This document shows positions 20,298 to 31,358 of a stretch of DNA of 64,000 nucleotides, in pieces. The stretch is from an uncultured cyanobacterium (GTDB lineage Bacteria; Cyanobacteriota; Cyanobacteriia; Cyanobacteriales; Cyanobacteriaceae). Numbering within the stretch: the stretch's first letter is position 1; every line of letters starts with the position of its first letter. Location of the stretch: assembly GCA_963749915.1 (NCBI GenBank), contig CAVVOP010000008.1, positions 704,001-768,000 on the forward strand, given 5' to 3'. A model generated the notes under the pieces. That model was not told the DNA's origin, did not search any database, and saw nothing but the letters and a program-made list of their open reading frames with translations. The position numbers and the translations under genes are program-made.

Positions 20298-20577
20298 TTT
20301 CTCCTCTTTAGCAAAATATTTTTCAAGTAAACTCTAGATATAAGTTTTTTAAATGAGTATAATAACCTAAAAATTCCCTTTGTTTTCCTAGTGTAAAGAA
20401 ATATGTATAAAATGGAGTTTTAATGTTATTGAAAAACAGAGGACTGTTAACTCTACAACGAAGAAGGCTTTTAAGTCAAGGAAATTAAGATTAGTTAAGC
20501 TGATAAAATATACAAAAAATAATAATCGAAAATAGTCGAAAAAAAATTATTCTTTGTGTAAAACTTGATCCCCTTCA

Positions 20578-20586
20578 TGATAAGAT
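20578..20586 (+). promoter_or_regulatory. candidate extended -10 (TG-A-TAAGAT) for rbcL
   Basis: TGnTAnnnT about 100 bp upstream of rbcL ATG; GGAGGA RBS before the start. Confidence 0.4.
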
Positions 20587-20686
20587 TGAAACTCGAAAGC
20601 TAAACAGCTTATAATCAACTTCCACCAGAAGAAGTTATTAAAAATAAAGCTATAAAGAAAAATTATATATTTGGAGGAAACGACAA

Positions 20687-22105
20687 ATGGTACAAGCTGG
20701 GTCCAAATCTGGATTTAAAGCTGGTGTACAGGATTACCGCCTGACCTATTACACCCCCGATTACACACCTAAAGATACTGATTTACTTGCCTGTTTCAGA
20801 ATGACTCCTCAACCCGGAGTTCCTCCTGAAGAGTGTGCGGCGGCGGTAGCAGCTGAGTCTTCTACTGGTACTTGGACAACAGTATGGACTGATGGTTTAA
20901 CCGACTTAGATCGTTATAAAGGTCGTTGTTATAATGTTGAACCCGTTTCCGGGGAAGATAATCAATATTTCGTTTTCGTTGCCTATCCTTTGGACTTATT
21001 TGAAGAAGGTTCTATCACCAACGTCTTAACCTCTTTGGTTGGTAACGTATTTGGATTCAAAGCATTACGTGCACTACGTTTAGAAGATATCCGTTTCCCT
21101 GTTGCTTTAATCAAAACCTACCAAGGTCCTCCTCACGGTATCACCGTTGAGCGTGACTTATTGAACAAATACGGTCGTCCTCTCTTAGGTTGTACCATTA
21201 AACCCAAATTAGGTTTATCTGCGAAAAACTACGGTCGTGCAGTTTATGAGTGTCTTCGTGGTGGTTTAGACTTCACCAAAGATGATGAAAACATCAACTC
21301 TCAGCCCTTCATGCGTTGGCGCGATCGCTTCTTATTCGTTCAAGAAGCAATTGAAAAAGCACAAGCTGAAACCAATGAAATCAAAGGTCACTACTTGAAC
21401 GTGACCGCAGGTACTTGTGAAGAAATGATGAAACGTGCTGAGTTCGCTAAAGAAATCGGTACTCCTATCATTATGCATGACTTCTTTACTGGTGGTTTCA
21501 CTGCTAATACCTCCTTAGCAAGATGGTGTCGTGAGAATGGTTTATTACTCCATATTCACCGTGCAATGCACGCAGTAGTTGACCGTCAGAAAAATCATGG
21601 TATCCACTTCCGTGTTTTAGCTAAGTGTCTCCGTCTGTCTGGTGGTGATCACTTGCACTCTGGTACAGTCGTCGGTAAATTAGAGGGCGATCGTGCGGTA
21701 ACTTTAGGTTTCGTTGACTTAATGCGTGAAGACTATGTAGAAGAAGATCGTGCTCGTGGTGTCTTCTTTACCCAGGATTATGCTTCTCTACCCGGTGTAA
21801 TGCCCGTAGCTTCTGGTGGTATTCATGTATGGCATATGCCGGCATTGGTTGAAATCTTCGGTGATGATTCTTGTTTACAATTCGGTGGTGGTACTTTAGG
21901 TCACCCTTGGGGTAACGCACCTGGTGCAACCGCTAACCGTGTAGCTTTAGAGGCCTGTATTCAAGCTCGTAACGAAGGTCGTTCTTTAGCCCGTGAAGGC
22001 AATGATATCATCCGTGAGGCTTGTCGTTGGAGTCCAGAATTAGCAGCGGCTTGTGAACTTTGGAAAGAAATCAAGTTCGAGTTTGACACCGTTGATACTC
22101 TCTAA
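20687..22105 (+). CDS. rbcL: RuBisCO large subunit, form IB
   Basis: [26 protein letters not shown]; 472 aa. Confidence 0.99.
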   Translation: MVQAGSKSGFKAGVQDYRLTYYTPDYTPKDTDLLACFRMTPQPGVPPEECAAAVAAESSTGTWTTVWTDGLTDLDRYKGRCYNVEPVSGEDNQYFVFVAYPLDLFEEGSITNVLTSLVGNVFGFKALRALRLEDIRFPVALIKTYQGPPHGITVERDLLNKYGRPLLGCTIKPKLGLSAKNYGRAVYECLRGGLDFTKDDENINSQPFMRWRDRFLFVQEAIEKAQAETNEIKGHYLNVTAGTCEEMMKRAEFAKEIGTPIIMHDFFTGGFTANTSLARWCRENGLLLHIHRAMHAVVDRQKNHGIHFRVLAKCLRLSGGDHLHSGTVVGKLEGDRAVTLGFVDLMREDYVEEDRARGVFFTQDYASLPGVMPVASGGIHVWHMPALVEIFGDDSCLQFGGGTLGHPWGNAPGATANRVALEACIQARNEGRSLAREGNDIIREACRWSPELAAACELWKEIKFEFDTVDTL

Positions 22106-22270
22106 ATTTCAGTTATGGTCAGTAATCATTAACTCAGAAAAATAAGTAGCAATAGTCATCAATGAACAAAAATCCCTAGGATAAAGAGAATAATAAAGTC
22201 ATTGATTAAGCAATTTTACTTATTATCGAAATTCTGATAACTGACAACTGATTATCCCCCACTGAAATTT

Positions 22271-22690
22271 ATGGCTTATAAACAAGTCGTCAAGGATACG
22301 GCAAAAGTTCTGCAAAGTTATCTCACTTATCAGGCCGTAAGAATTATCATTGAACAACTCTCGGAAACTAATCCCGGACAAGCGATTTGGCTTAGTGACT
22401 ATAGCGATCGCCAAAAAGTCCAAGATAGTGATAACTATATCAGTGATTTGATGAAGGAAAACAAGGAGTTAGTATTGCGGATTCTTACGGTCAGGCAGGA
22501 TTTAGCAGAGCAAGTATTAGAGTTTTTGCCTGAAATGGTAAAGACAAATATAGATCAATCTAATATGGAACATCGTCGTCATCTTTTAGAACGTTTAACC
22601 CAAACTCAATCTTCTAGTCTAATATCATCTCCTGGGGATGAAGAAAACCTAGAAATAGAATCTAATCAATCAGAAAACAAGGAAGAATAA
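22271..22690 (+). CDS. rbcX: RuBisCO assembly chaperone RbcX
   Basis: KDTAKVLQSYLTYQAVR...QLSETNP; between rbcL and rbcS. Confidence 0.96.
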   Translation: MAYKQVVKDTAKVLQSYLTYQAVRIIIEQLSETNPGQAIWLSDYSDRQKVQDSDNYISDLMKENKELVLRILTVRQDLAEQVLEFLPEMVKTNIDQSNMEHRRHLLERLTQTQSSSLISSPGDEENLEIESNQSENKEE

Positions 22691-22693
22691 AAG

Positions 22694-23029
22694 ATGCAAA
22701 CTTTACCTAAAGAGCGCCGTTACGAAACTCTGTCTTATTTACCCCCTTTAACAGATCAACAAATTGTTAAACAAGTTCAGTACTTATTAGATCAAGGATT
22801 TATTCCTGCGGTAGAATTTGAAAAAGACCCTTTACCGACTGATCACCACTGGACTTTGTGGAAACTACCTTTATTTAATGCTTATTCTGCCCAAGAAGTA
22901 TTAAACGAAGTGCGGGAGTGTAAAGGACAATATTCTGACTGTTATATCAGAGTTATTGGTTTTGACAACCTCAGACAGTGTCAAACCGTTAGTTTTATCG
23001 TACACAAACCCAACGCAACTCGTTTTTAA
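22694..23029 (+). CDS. rbcS: RuBisCO small subunit
   Basis: [22 protein letters not shown] and YIRVIGFDN. Confidence 0.98.
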   Translation: MQTLPKERRYETLSYLPPLTDQQIVKQVQYLLDQGFIPAVEFEKDPLPTDHHWTLWKLPLFNAYSAQEVLNEVRECKGQYSDCYIRVIGFDNLRQCQTVSFIVHKPNATRF

Positions 23030-23058
23030 GATTAATCATTAAATCTTAAATCAATCAC

Positions 23059-23092
23059 AGGGTGGACTTTATTGTCTGCCCTATTTTTATTT
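23059..23092 (+). terminator. intrinsic terminator after rbcS
   Basis: AGGGTGGAC-TTTATT-GTCTGCCCT followed by a T-rich tract. Confidence 0.65.
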
Positions 23093-23137
23093 TAACTTTG
23101 GGATTTTATTCTCGTTATTAAATCGCGAACGGATAAA

Positions 23138-23225
23138 AGCTTAATTGACCATCTCAAACAAATACCTGATTCTCGAGATGCTCATGGTTTTTTCATTGTG
23201 ACGATGCAAACAGATTCTTCACCTG
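23138..23225 (+). mobile_element. ISAs1-like remnant (transposase N-terminus joined to a terminal sequence)
   Basis: SLIDHLKQIPDSRDAHG (H-repeat-associated N-terminus), ending ..TTCACCTG (CAGG-type end) at the GmrSD truncation point. Confidence 0.5.
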
Positions 23226-24241
23226 TAAGTTTTTAAGTCCAGAACAAGAAACTAATAAAAATATAAAAAAATCTTTACAGCGTATCAAAAGTTTAGGTAT
23301 AAAAACTGTTTATCCTTTTTTGTTAAATTGTTATGATGATTGCCAAGAAGAACGGATTGCAGAACTAGATTTTATAAATATTTGCAAAATAATTGAGAAT
23401 TATATTTTAAGACGTTTTATTTGTAATATTCCATATAAAACTTATTTTACAAACTCAAAATTATCCTGAAGATAGTGACTTTAAAGAGAAAATAAAAGAA
23501 GTTAAACTTTATGGTAGTAATCGGACACAAAAAGCTAAAATGATTTTGGAATCAATGGAAGAATCTTTTGGTCATAAAGAACAGGTATCTCTAAGAGATT
23601 TAAGCATAGAACATATTCTGCCTCAAAAATTAAATGATTGGTGGAAATCTCACTTAGGAGAAGATTGGGAAATAACTCACGAATTATTATTACATTCTTT
23701 AGGCAATTTAACTTTAACTGGTTATAATTCAGAACTTTCTAATGACACATTTATTGATAAGCAAAAAGAATTGGATAAAAGCAATTTAGAGCTTAATAAA
23801 TATTTTGTTCGTGTCTCAACATGGAAAAAAGAAGATATAGAAAAAAGAGCAGAAATATTATCAGATATTTGTTTACAAATTTGGAGCTATTTTGGAGATC
23901 CTAATATTAAAAATATCAAAGAAAAAAAAGTAAAAGGATCTCGTCCTAAGAATTTAATAGTTTGTGGAGAAGAATATAATGTTAAAAGTTGGCGAGATGT
24001 TTTAGAAAGAACCTTAAATGTTATTGCTGATTTAGAACCAGAAAAATTTGATGAAATGATTGAATTATTTCCTCGTTTCTTAGCCAAAGATTCTAAAAAT
24101 TTAAGAGATACTCGTCAACTAAATAATGGCATTTTTGTCGAGGTCAATTTATCATCTAAATATATTTATTCGTTTTGTCAAAAAGTAATAGAAACTTGTG
24201 AATTATCAAGTGAAGATTGGCAAGTAGAAACAGTTGAATAA
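23226..24241 (+). pseudogene. 5'-truncated, frameshifted GmrSD-like (DUF262-DUF1524) restriction protein; HNH half still open at 23540-24241
   Basis: Upstream frames read KFLSPEQE...VYPFLLNCYDD...IENYILRRFICNIP and ILQTQNYPEDSDF; ORF has SIEHILPQ...LHSLGNLTLTGYNSELSN (DUF1524 HNH). Confidence 0.8.
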
Positions 24242-24361
24242 CCGATGTTATTGTAAACAAGCCAAAAAACTCTTATTAAGCGTAGGATCTTGTCCCAGGG
24301 GAAAAAGTGTTAACTGAGCTAGACTCTTGCCAGCCTTGGCTCTGAACGACACCACAAGGAA

Positions 24362-24518
24362 GGAAAGTAGACAAGGAGGGAATACCGTATAAGTAATATT
24401 CGGCTTACCTGTATTATAATGATCCTTGAAAAGACTATTTTTCGTCAAAATTTTTTCCGAATTCCGAATTCCGAATTACCCTTATCGATAACCTTTGTAA
24501 AAAACCTACCCTTGTCAG
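24362..24518 (+). repeat. modular dispersed repeat: ~80-bp core + (TTCCGAA)x3 + TGTAAAAAACCTACCCTTGTCAG terminus
   Basis: Core recurs inverted at 55310-55389; the 23-bp motif recurs at 48815-48837(-), 49211-49233 and 63537-63559. Confidence 0.75.
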
Positions 24519-24557
24519 CCTTCCCCCCGTCAAAAGCTCTTAATTGTTGATGATCAA

Positions 24558-26099
24558 TTATTTCATAGGTGCAGTGAGGGCTTCTTCTAAATCGGCACAG
24601 CCTAGCTTTTGTTCAAGGAGATTAAAGACTTCCCTACCAAAATCTAAGGGGTTTTGTTGCCATGCTTGTAAACACACTTCGCCGAAAAATGAGCCTAATG
24701 GTTCCGGATTCCACAGTAGTTTTTTCGCAGTCCAAGGCATCATACTCATGGGATTATAACCTTTTTTCAAAATATTTTTGTCTAAGGCATATTCCTCTAA
24801 GTGGGTATGGGGTTGTAAACCGATGAAAAAGATCGCTGGTTCAACTTTATCAGCCCCGAAAATATCTTCTAACTGCCGATGATAGGCGATGGTTTGCCGA
24901 ATAGTATCAAAGGTTTCGTCAATGACGTTAAAGGAGTAGTTGACGGAGACAACATCCTTAAATCCAGCATTTTTGAGATCTCGACAATTTTGTAAAACAG
25001 TTCGCAAGTTATAACCCATCCGCATTTTACGCACTAATTTCTGTGAACCACTTGTAATGCCAATTTCAAAATAATTCATTCCTGTTTCTACCATCAAATC
25101 ACATAATTCAGGATTGAGGTTGTCTGCACGGATATAAGCGGCCCAGTGTATATCTTTCATCCCGGAAGCGGCAACTTTTTTCAATAACTCAATGGCATCA
25201 TTGATGTACATTCGGGCAGGAATGAATTGGGCATCGGTAAACCAAAAATTACGAATACCTCGATCGTATAGTTGACGCATTTCTGCTACTACTTCATCAG
25301 CCGGATTAATTCTAACTTGTTTACCTTCTACAACGGTATAAACGCAATAACAACAATTATGAGGACAACCGCGCTTAGTCTGTACCCCGAGATAAAAGTC
25401 ATTTTCTTGAAAATAGTAGTCAAATTCTGTCCAAATACTGGCTATATAATCATAATTACAGGCGGTTTTTTCCAAGGGTGACGGTTGTTCATGAATTAAG
25501 CCTTCTCTGGGTTCGTTTCCTCCGACCACATAACAACGCTCATTGGTAAAATCTTGATTAGTGAGAATTTTTTCCATCAAGGTTTCCCCCTCCCCTACGG
25601 ACACGATGGAATTATTGGGTAATTGAGTCTTTAACTGTTCATAAAAGACACTTACTGCACCTCCTCCTACCATGACTTTAACGTCTGAATTGTATTTACT
25701 CGCTTGTTTTAAGCCTTTTTTAATTAACCCTGAATTGCGCCACAATTCCCCATAATAAGCACTGGCAACCTTGAAACCGCCCAAGGCACCTCTCAATCTA
25801 ATTAATGGGTTTTTGGCATAATAAAATTCAAAGGCATTTTGTAACGGGTTGCCACCCCTACCGCCAACGGGGGCGTAAATTTGAATATCTCGCCAAGAAT
25901 ATACCATCATTGTAGGCCGAAATTCATCGATACATTTAATTAGTGCTTTATCGAAGTCTATGGGTGGTACTGTGCCTAGATCAAGGATTTTTTGTTCTAC
26001 ATCGGGGAATAGTTTATGTACATGATCTGCTAAATAAACGACACCGATGGGAAAAATGGGGTTACAAGGAAGTCTAACGTATAATATTTTTTGTGCCAT
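24558..26099 (-). CDS. B12-binding radical SAM protein (PSII high-light acclimation / Slr0320-like)
   Basis: ILYVRLPCNPIFPIGVVYLADH N-terminus and CxxxCxxC motif RGCPHNCCYC. Confidence 0.88.
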   Translation of the reverse strand: MAQKILYVRLPCNPIFPIGVVYLADHVHKLFPDVEQKILDLGTVPPIDFDKALIKCIDEFRPTMMVYSWRDIQIYAPVGGRGGNPLQNAFEFYYAKNPLIRLRGALGGFKVASAYYGELWRNSGLIKKGLKQASKYNSDVKVMVGGGAVSVFYEQLKTQLPNNSIVSVGEGETLMEKILTNQDFTNERCYVVGGNEPREGLIHEQPSPLEKTACNYDYIASIWTEFDYYFQENDFYLGVQTKRGCPHNCCYCVYTVVEGKQVRINPADEVVAEMRQLYDRGIRNFWFTDAQFIPARMYINDAIELLKKVAASGMKDIHWAAYIRADNLNPELCDLMVETGMNYFEIGITSGSQKLVRKMRMGYNLRTVLQNCRDLKNAGFKDVVSVNYSFNVIDETFDTIRQTIAYHRQLEDIFGADKVEPAIFFIGLQPHTHLEEYALDKNILKKGYNPMSMMPWTAKKLLWNPEPLGSFFGEVCLQAWQQNPLDFGREVFNLLEQKLGCADLEEALTAPMK

Positions 26100-26195
26100 A
26101 ATTTTTTAGAATTGCTTAATTAAATGAGAATTTGCACTTCAGATCAATGCCTTTTTTCTCACCATCTTAATATATTTTAACAATTGACGAGGGTC

Positions 26196-26263
26196 TTTTG
26201 CCCCCAGTCCCAATTTTGGCGGGGTCAAGATTAAAAAGTCCCCAGTTTTGGAAATTTAGGGCA
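26196..26263. repeat. double-hairpin dispersed repeat, second copy
   Basis: Similar to 786-858. Confidence 0.55.
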
Positions 26264-26323
26264 TTAGTTAATTGCTAATTGTTAATTTTTTGTTATAATT
26301 TGAGGTTATGTTGTTTCATTAGG

Positions 26324-27598
26324 ATGATTCTGGTCTTGGCACAGGTTATTATTGACAATGTCTACAAAACCTATATTTCGTCTGCCAGCAAGTTTTCCCC
26401 TCCCCTATCCTTGGGAGTAGGAGTAGTGCCGAATCCTCCTGATGTTGAGCTAAATTCCTCTGGTTCTACCCATGTATTGAAGGGTATTAATCTTGAAATT
26501 CAAGAGGGGGAATTTATGGTGTTGGTAGGTCCTTCCGGATGTGGTAAAAGTACCCTATTGCGTTTAATTGCGGGATTGGAAGAAATTACTGCTGGAAAAA
26601 TTTTAATTGGCGATCGCATTGTGAACGATTTACCCCCGAAGGCGAGGGATATAGCGATGGTGTTTCAGAACTATGCCCTTTATCCTCATCTCAGTGTGTA
26701 TGCTAACATAGCCTTTGGTTTACGACGGATGAACCGACAAATAACCTCGACACCGTTAGATAAAATTTTGACCACTGCTACGGCGAAATTACCCTCTCAG
26801 TGGCGCTATCTTTCCGCCAGTGAAAAAGACATTAACAAGAAAGTGACACAAGTTGCTCAAATGTTGCAAATAGATCACCTATTGGAACGTTTCCCAAAAC
26901 AATTATCTGGGGGACAAAAACAAAGGGTTGCCTTAGGAAGGGCCATCGCTCGTAACCCCCATGTATTTTTAATGGATGAACCTTTGTCGAATTTAGATGC
27001 TAAACTGAGAACAGAAACACGAGGACAGATTGTTAAGCTACAAAAACAACTGGGGGTAACAACTATTTATGTTACCCATGATCAAACAGAAGCGATGACC
27101 ATGGGCGATCGCATTGCTATCATGAATCAAGGAGAAATACAACAGCTAGCTACCCCTTTACAGATATATTCTCAACCCGTTAACAAATTTATAGCGCAAT
27201 TCATTGGTAGTCCGCCCATGAATTTTATGGAAGTGAACTATCAAAAACCAGATTTAATCATCCATTCTCATTTTAAAGTGCTTTTACCGACAAAATGGCA
27301 ACAGGTTTTTCAAGGATATAATTATGAAAAAATTTGGTTAGGAATTAGACCAGAATATTTTAATATAGCTGAACCATCATCATCGGCAATTCCCGTAATA
27401 GTTAACCTAGTGGAAGTATTAGGAAATGAGTCTATTTTAACAGTTAATTTAGAGGAAAATAATGAGCAAAATTTGCAAGTAAAACTATTCACTGATGAGG
27501 TAATTAAAATAGGACAAAAATTGAATTTAGGGATCAACTTAAACAAGGTTAGCTTTTTTGACTATTATCAAGAGAAGAATATTAACTTAATGAATTAG
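26324..27598 (+). CDS. sugar-type ABC transporter ATP-binding protein (MalK/MsiK family)
   Basis: GPSGCGKST, FQNYALYPH, LSGGQKQRVA, MDEPLSNLD and VTHDQ; start is ATG 26324 or TTG 26336. Confidence 0.92.
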   Translation: MILVLAQVIIDNVYKTYISSASKFSPPLSLGVGVVPNPPDVELNSSGSTHVLKGINLEIQEGEFMVLVGPSGCGKSTLLRLIAGLEEITAGKILIGDRIVNDLPPKARDIAMVFQNYALYPHLSVYANIAFGLRRMNRQITSTPLDKILTTATAKLPSQWRYLSASEKDINKKVTQVAQMLQIDHLLERFPKQLSGGQKQRVALGRAIARNPHVFLMDEPLSNLDAKLRTETRGQIVKLQKQLGVTTIYVTHDQTEAMTMGDRIAIMNQGEIQQLATPLQIYSQPVNKFIAQFIGSPPMNFMEVNYQKPDLIIHSHFKVLLPTKWQQVFQGYNYEKIWLGIRPEYFNIAEPSSSAIPVIVNLVEVLGNESILTVNLEENNEQNLQVKLFTDEVIKIGQKLNLGINLNKVSFFDYYQEKNINLMN

Positions 27599-27624
27599 AG
27601 AACATTAAAATTATTTATACAACT

Positions 27625-29154
27625 ATGATTAAAACCTTTTTTTTTCGAGAACCAATAGATAGGATTTGTTTTACAATTACTGCTATTCTCAGTTTTATCA
27701 TAGTTGTTTTTGTTGGTGGGAGTAAAATTTGCCATGAGAATGAATGTCTTTTCAGAACGCAACCCCACGTGGAAGAATTTAGTTGGCAAAATCAAAAAAT
27801 AAGTGCTCAAGATCAGGGTTTTTCTTTGACCTTTGATCGTCCCATGTCCCATGAAACTGTTGAAGATAACTTAGAAATTGAACCACCATTGGACGGAAAA
27901 ATTAGTTGGTCAGGAAAACGTTTAGTATATACTTTAAATCAAGTTATTCCCTACGGTAAAAATTATCGTTTGTCATTAAAAAATGCTAGAGAACAATTTA
28001 GAGGTAGAGAAAAATTAGGGACAAAAATAGAGCCTTTTGTAGCAGAATTTCAGAGTAGAGATCGCACTTTTGCCTATATTGGCAGTCAAGGAGAGGAAAG
28101 TGGTAGACTGATTTTAAATAATTCCACTAAACAAAATAAAACGATTCTTACTCCTGAACATTTGACGGTGGTAGATTTTAAATTTACACCTGATACAGAA
28201 AAAATTATCTTTTCTACTATTGATGAAAAGAAAAAAAATGATGACTTTAGACAATTGGATATTTATGAAGTCACTACTGGATTATCTAAAGATTTAACGA
28301 CAAAAATACCCGGCCAATTAACATTAGTTTTAGACGGAGAAGAATATCAAAATAATAAGTTCGATTTAGGGGGTAAAAACAGCGATATTATCATTGTTCA
28401 AAGAATTAATAATCATGATCCCAGTGACTTTGATTTGTGGAAAATTGAGCCGGGTAAAATTCCCCAAAGGCTTAATACCAAAGGTGGTGATTTTATTGTT
28501 ACCCCCGACAGACAAGCCATCGCCATTGCCCAAGGAGAAGGAATAGCGATCGTTCCCTTAGAAGATCAAGATAATCACCAACCAATTAATTTTTTACCGA
28601 AATATGGTCAAGTACTAACTTTTTCTGCCGACGGCAATAGTGCCGCTATGATTAATTTTAATAAAGATGATTCAGCATTACGTTATACTCGTTCCTTATT
28701 TTATGTGAATAATCAGGGAGTAGAAAAAGAATTAATTAACATAGAAGGATCGATCATTGATTGTAAATTTAATGGTAATGGAAAACAACTATTTTGTTTA
28801 TTAACGGAATTAATAGAAACCCAAACAGAATTCCAAGAAAAGCCCTATTTTGTTGCCATTGATATTCAATCGGGGGATATAATTCCCTTAGTAGCGTTGC
28901 CCAAATTTCAGGATATGAAAATTAGTATTTCCCCTGATGGATTTGGCATTTTATTTGATCAATTAATCACAGAAAATGATGTTCCTCAAAACTCTTTAAA
29001 AATGAATTTACCTAATGACGATTTACTCACCGACTCTGCCGAATTAATCCTAAGTAGCCAGCTATGGTTATTAACATTACCCTCTAAAGAGTCAACACAA
29101 CCACAACTACAAGAATTACCCATCGCCGGATTTAAACCCCAATGGGGTCCCTAA
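27625..29154 (+). CDS. membrane-anchored protein with SbsA-like Ig domain and beta-propeller-like region
   Basis: N-terminal TM; LTFDRPM..ETVEDNLEIEPPLDGKISWSGKRLVYT; repeated FTPD/VTPD/FSAD/ISPDG turns. Confidence 0.7.
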   Translation: MIKTFFFREPIDRICFTITAILSFIIVVFVGGSKICHENECLFRTQPHVEEFSWQNQKISAQDQGFSLTFDRPMSHETVEDNLEIEPPLDGKISWSGKRLVYTLNQVIPYGKNYRLSLKNAREQFRGREKLGTKIEPFVAEFQSRDRTFAYIGSQGEESGRLILNNSTKQNKTILTPEHLTVVDFKFTPDTEKIIFSTIDEKKKNDDFRQLDIYEVTTGLSKDLTTKIPGQLTLVLDGEEYQNNKFDLGGKNSDIIIVQRINNHDPSDFDLWKIEPGKIPQRLNTKGGDFIVTPDRQAIAIAQGEGIAIVPLEDQDNHQPINFLPKYGQVLTFSADGNSAAMINFNKDDSALRYTRSLFYVNNQGVEKELINIEGSIIDCKFNGNGKQLFCLLTELIETQTEFQEKPYFVAIDIQSGDIIPLVALPKFQDMKISISPDGFGILFDQLITENDVPQNSLKMNLPNDDLLTDSAELILSSQLWLLTLPSKESTQPQLQELPIAGFKPQWGP

Positions 29155-29331
29155 TCAATTAATTAATGTGGGTTCGACGAAAATCGTGAGACCAAAAATG
29201 ATGGTAAGATCTATAGTAAAATTAACTAGAAACAATTATTTTTAACCAAAAAGTGGCCCTAAGAAAGTCTAACCTTTCTAGCTTTTAAGATTGACACAAG
29301 TTTTGAATTAGTTTTTGGAGCTATTTACTAT

Positions 29332-31329
29332 ATGCCTGAAGTCAAATTTGGTCGCAAAGATGAACCTTCTGCTCAATTTCGCAAGAGTGAAGACCTCATT
29401 GCTGTTCGTACTAGATCAAGACGCTCTGCTACGGCAGTTCCCGTTCCCACACCCGTTTCTGCGGAATTATCGGGAGGTCAATTAATTCTATCATTTCCTG
29501 AAGCAGGAGTCGAGATTTACCGAGTAACAACGGATAATGGACAAAGATCGATAAACGAACGCAAAATTGCTCTACGCCAATTACCAGATGTTCGTTTTGC
29601 TGGGGGAGTGTTGGTAGATGAACAATCGGGAGAACCTGTTGTCTATACTGAGAATTTGTTTATTAAATTTACAGATCCGACGGATCCTGATGAGTGCAAA
29701 ACTGCTATCAGGGAAGCTGGTCTTACCATTAAAGAAGAGGTAAGCTATGCTACCAATGCCTTCTTTGTGGCTGCTCCCGAAGGCACTGGGGAACAGATAT
29801 TTGAAATTGCATTGTCTTTACTTAATAGAGATGATGTGGAATATTGTCACCCAGAGCTGGTAAGAAAACGTGGATTTCGGGCGATCGCACCTCAACAGTG
29901 GCATCTAAAAACCACCACAGTTAACGGAATTACCATTTCTGCCAGTGCCAACGTAGAAGTTGCTCATCAAATTACCCAAGGAGAAGGCATCACTATTGCT
30001 GTTATTGACGATGGGGTTGACATCGACCACGTTGAGTTTAGCAGTTCGGCGAAAGTAGTTGCTCCCCGAGACGCTACAGAGAATAGTAACGATCCACGTC
30101 CTAAAGATCCCTACTATACAGAAGATCACGGTACAGCTTGTGCAGGAGTAGCCTGTGCTGATGGAAACATAGGAGCTTCAGGAGTTGCTCCCAAAGCAAA
30201 ATTAATGCCCATTCGACTGGCAAGTGGATTAGGTTCTCAGCAAGAGGCAAATGCCTTCCGATGGGCTGCGGATAATGGTGCTGATGTTATTTCTTGTAGT
30301 TGGGGACCGCAAGATGGTAGATGGTATCAACCAAATGATCCCCTACACAATCGCAGTATACCTCTGCCAGCAAGTACCAAATTAGCCATTGATTATGCAA
30401 CTACCCAGGGTCGAGGGGGAAAGGGTTGTGTCGTTTTATTTGCGGCAGGGAATGGCAATGAGAGTGTAGATAACGATGGTTATGCTAGTTACGAGCGGGT
30501 TATAGCTGTAGCAGCTTGTAATGATAAAGGAAAACGGAGTGTTTATAGTGACTTTGGCAATGCAGTGTGGTGTGCCTTTCCCAGCAGCGATTTTGGCTAT
30601 CCACCATTCTCTCACCCCGAGCCATTAACCTCAGGAATTTGGACAACTGACCGTACTGGTAATCCCGGATATAATCGGGGTTTTCTTGGGGATGGTGATG
30701 CTACAGGTGATTATACGAATAGTTTTGGGGGCACTTCAAGCTCGTGTCCTGGTGCCGCGGGAATAGCCGCTCTAGTATTAGCTGTTAATCCTAATCTTCG
30801 CTGGCAGGAGGTGAAAGATGTGTTTAAGCACTCCTGTGACAAAATTGATCCTTCCGGGGGTCAATATGATGCTAATGGCTGGAGCAAGTATTATGGCTAT
30901 GGTCGGCTTAATGCTCAAACGGCCGTAACCTTGGCTCAACCACAATCTCAGAATAACCTTGTTGTTGTCCGTAACTTTAATCAAGTATTGCCGGATTTAC
31001 AAACAGTAAGTGTCCAGTTGGAAGTAGGGGAAACTACTCCTGTCGCTCGTCTTTCTGTGATTGTGGAAATTTTGCATACGTACATTGGGGATTTAATTGT
31101 CTCTCTCATCCCACCGTCAGAACTCGATCTCGACAAGATCATTCTCCATAACCGTAGTGGTGGTGCAACCCATAATTTAAAGAAAACCTTCGATGCTTTA
31201 ACCATACCTGCCCTTGCTAATTTGCAAGGCAAAACAGTTAAGGGCACTTGGGAGTTAGAAGTTCAAGATATGGCGTTTCGAGATGCAGGACAGCTGGTAA
31301 AATTTGGGTTGGAACTATTTTTTGTCTGA
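29332..31329 (+). CDS. S8 subtilisin/kexin-like serine protease with C-terminal proprotein-convertase P domain
   Basis: VIDDG (D), HGTACAG (H), FAAGNG (N), GGTSSSCP (S), YGYGRLNA; P domain HTYIGDL...GTWELEVQD. Confidence 0.9.
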   Translation: MPEVKFGRKDEPSAQFRKSEDLIAVRTRSRRSATAVPVPTPVSAELSGGQLILSFPEAGVEIYRVTTDNGQRSINERKIALRQLPDVRFAGGVLVDEQSGEPVVYTENLFIKFTDPTDPDECKTAIREAGLTIKEEVSYATNAFFVAAPEGTGEQIFEIALSLLNRDDVEYCHPELVRKRGFRAIAPQQWHLKTTTVNGITISASANVEVAHQITQGEGITIAVIDDGVDIDHVEFSSSAKVVAPRDATENSNDPRPKDPYYTEDHGTACAGVACADGNIGASGVAPKAKLMPIRLASGLGSQQEANAFRWAADNGADVISCSWGPQDGRWYQPNDPLHNRSIPLPASTKLAIDYATTQGRGGKGCVVLFAAGNGNESVDNDGYASYERVIAVAACNDKGKRSVYSDFGNAVWCAFPSSDFGYPPFSHPEPLTSGIWTTDRTGNPGYNRGFLGDGDATGDYTNSFGGTSSSCPGAAGIAALVLAVNPNLRWQEVKDVFKHSCDKIDPSGGQYDANGWSKYYGYGRLNAQTAVTLAQPQSQNNLVVVRNFNQVLPDLQTVSVQLEVGETTPVARLSVIVEILHTYIGDLIVSLIPPSELDLDKIILHNRSGGATHNLKKTFDALTIPALANLQGKTVKGTWELEVQDMAFRDAGQLVKFGLELFFV

Positions 31330-31358
31330 TAAATATTTTTTTAACTTAATCATTTAGG

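Noticed and set aside
29332..31329. S8 protease as a cyanobactin (PatA/PatG) or IetAS component
   Set aside because: No precursor, YcaO or AAA ATPase nearby; the P-domain architecture differs
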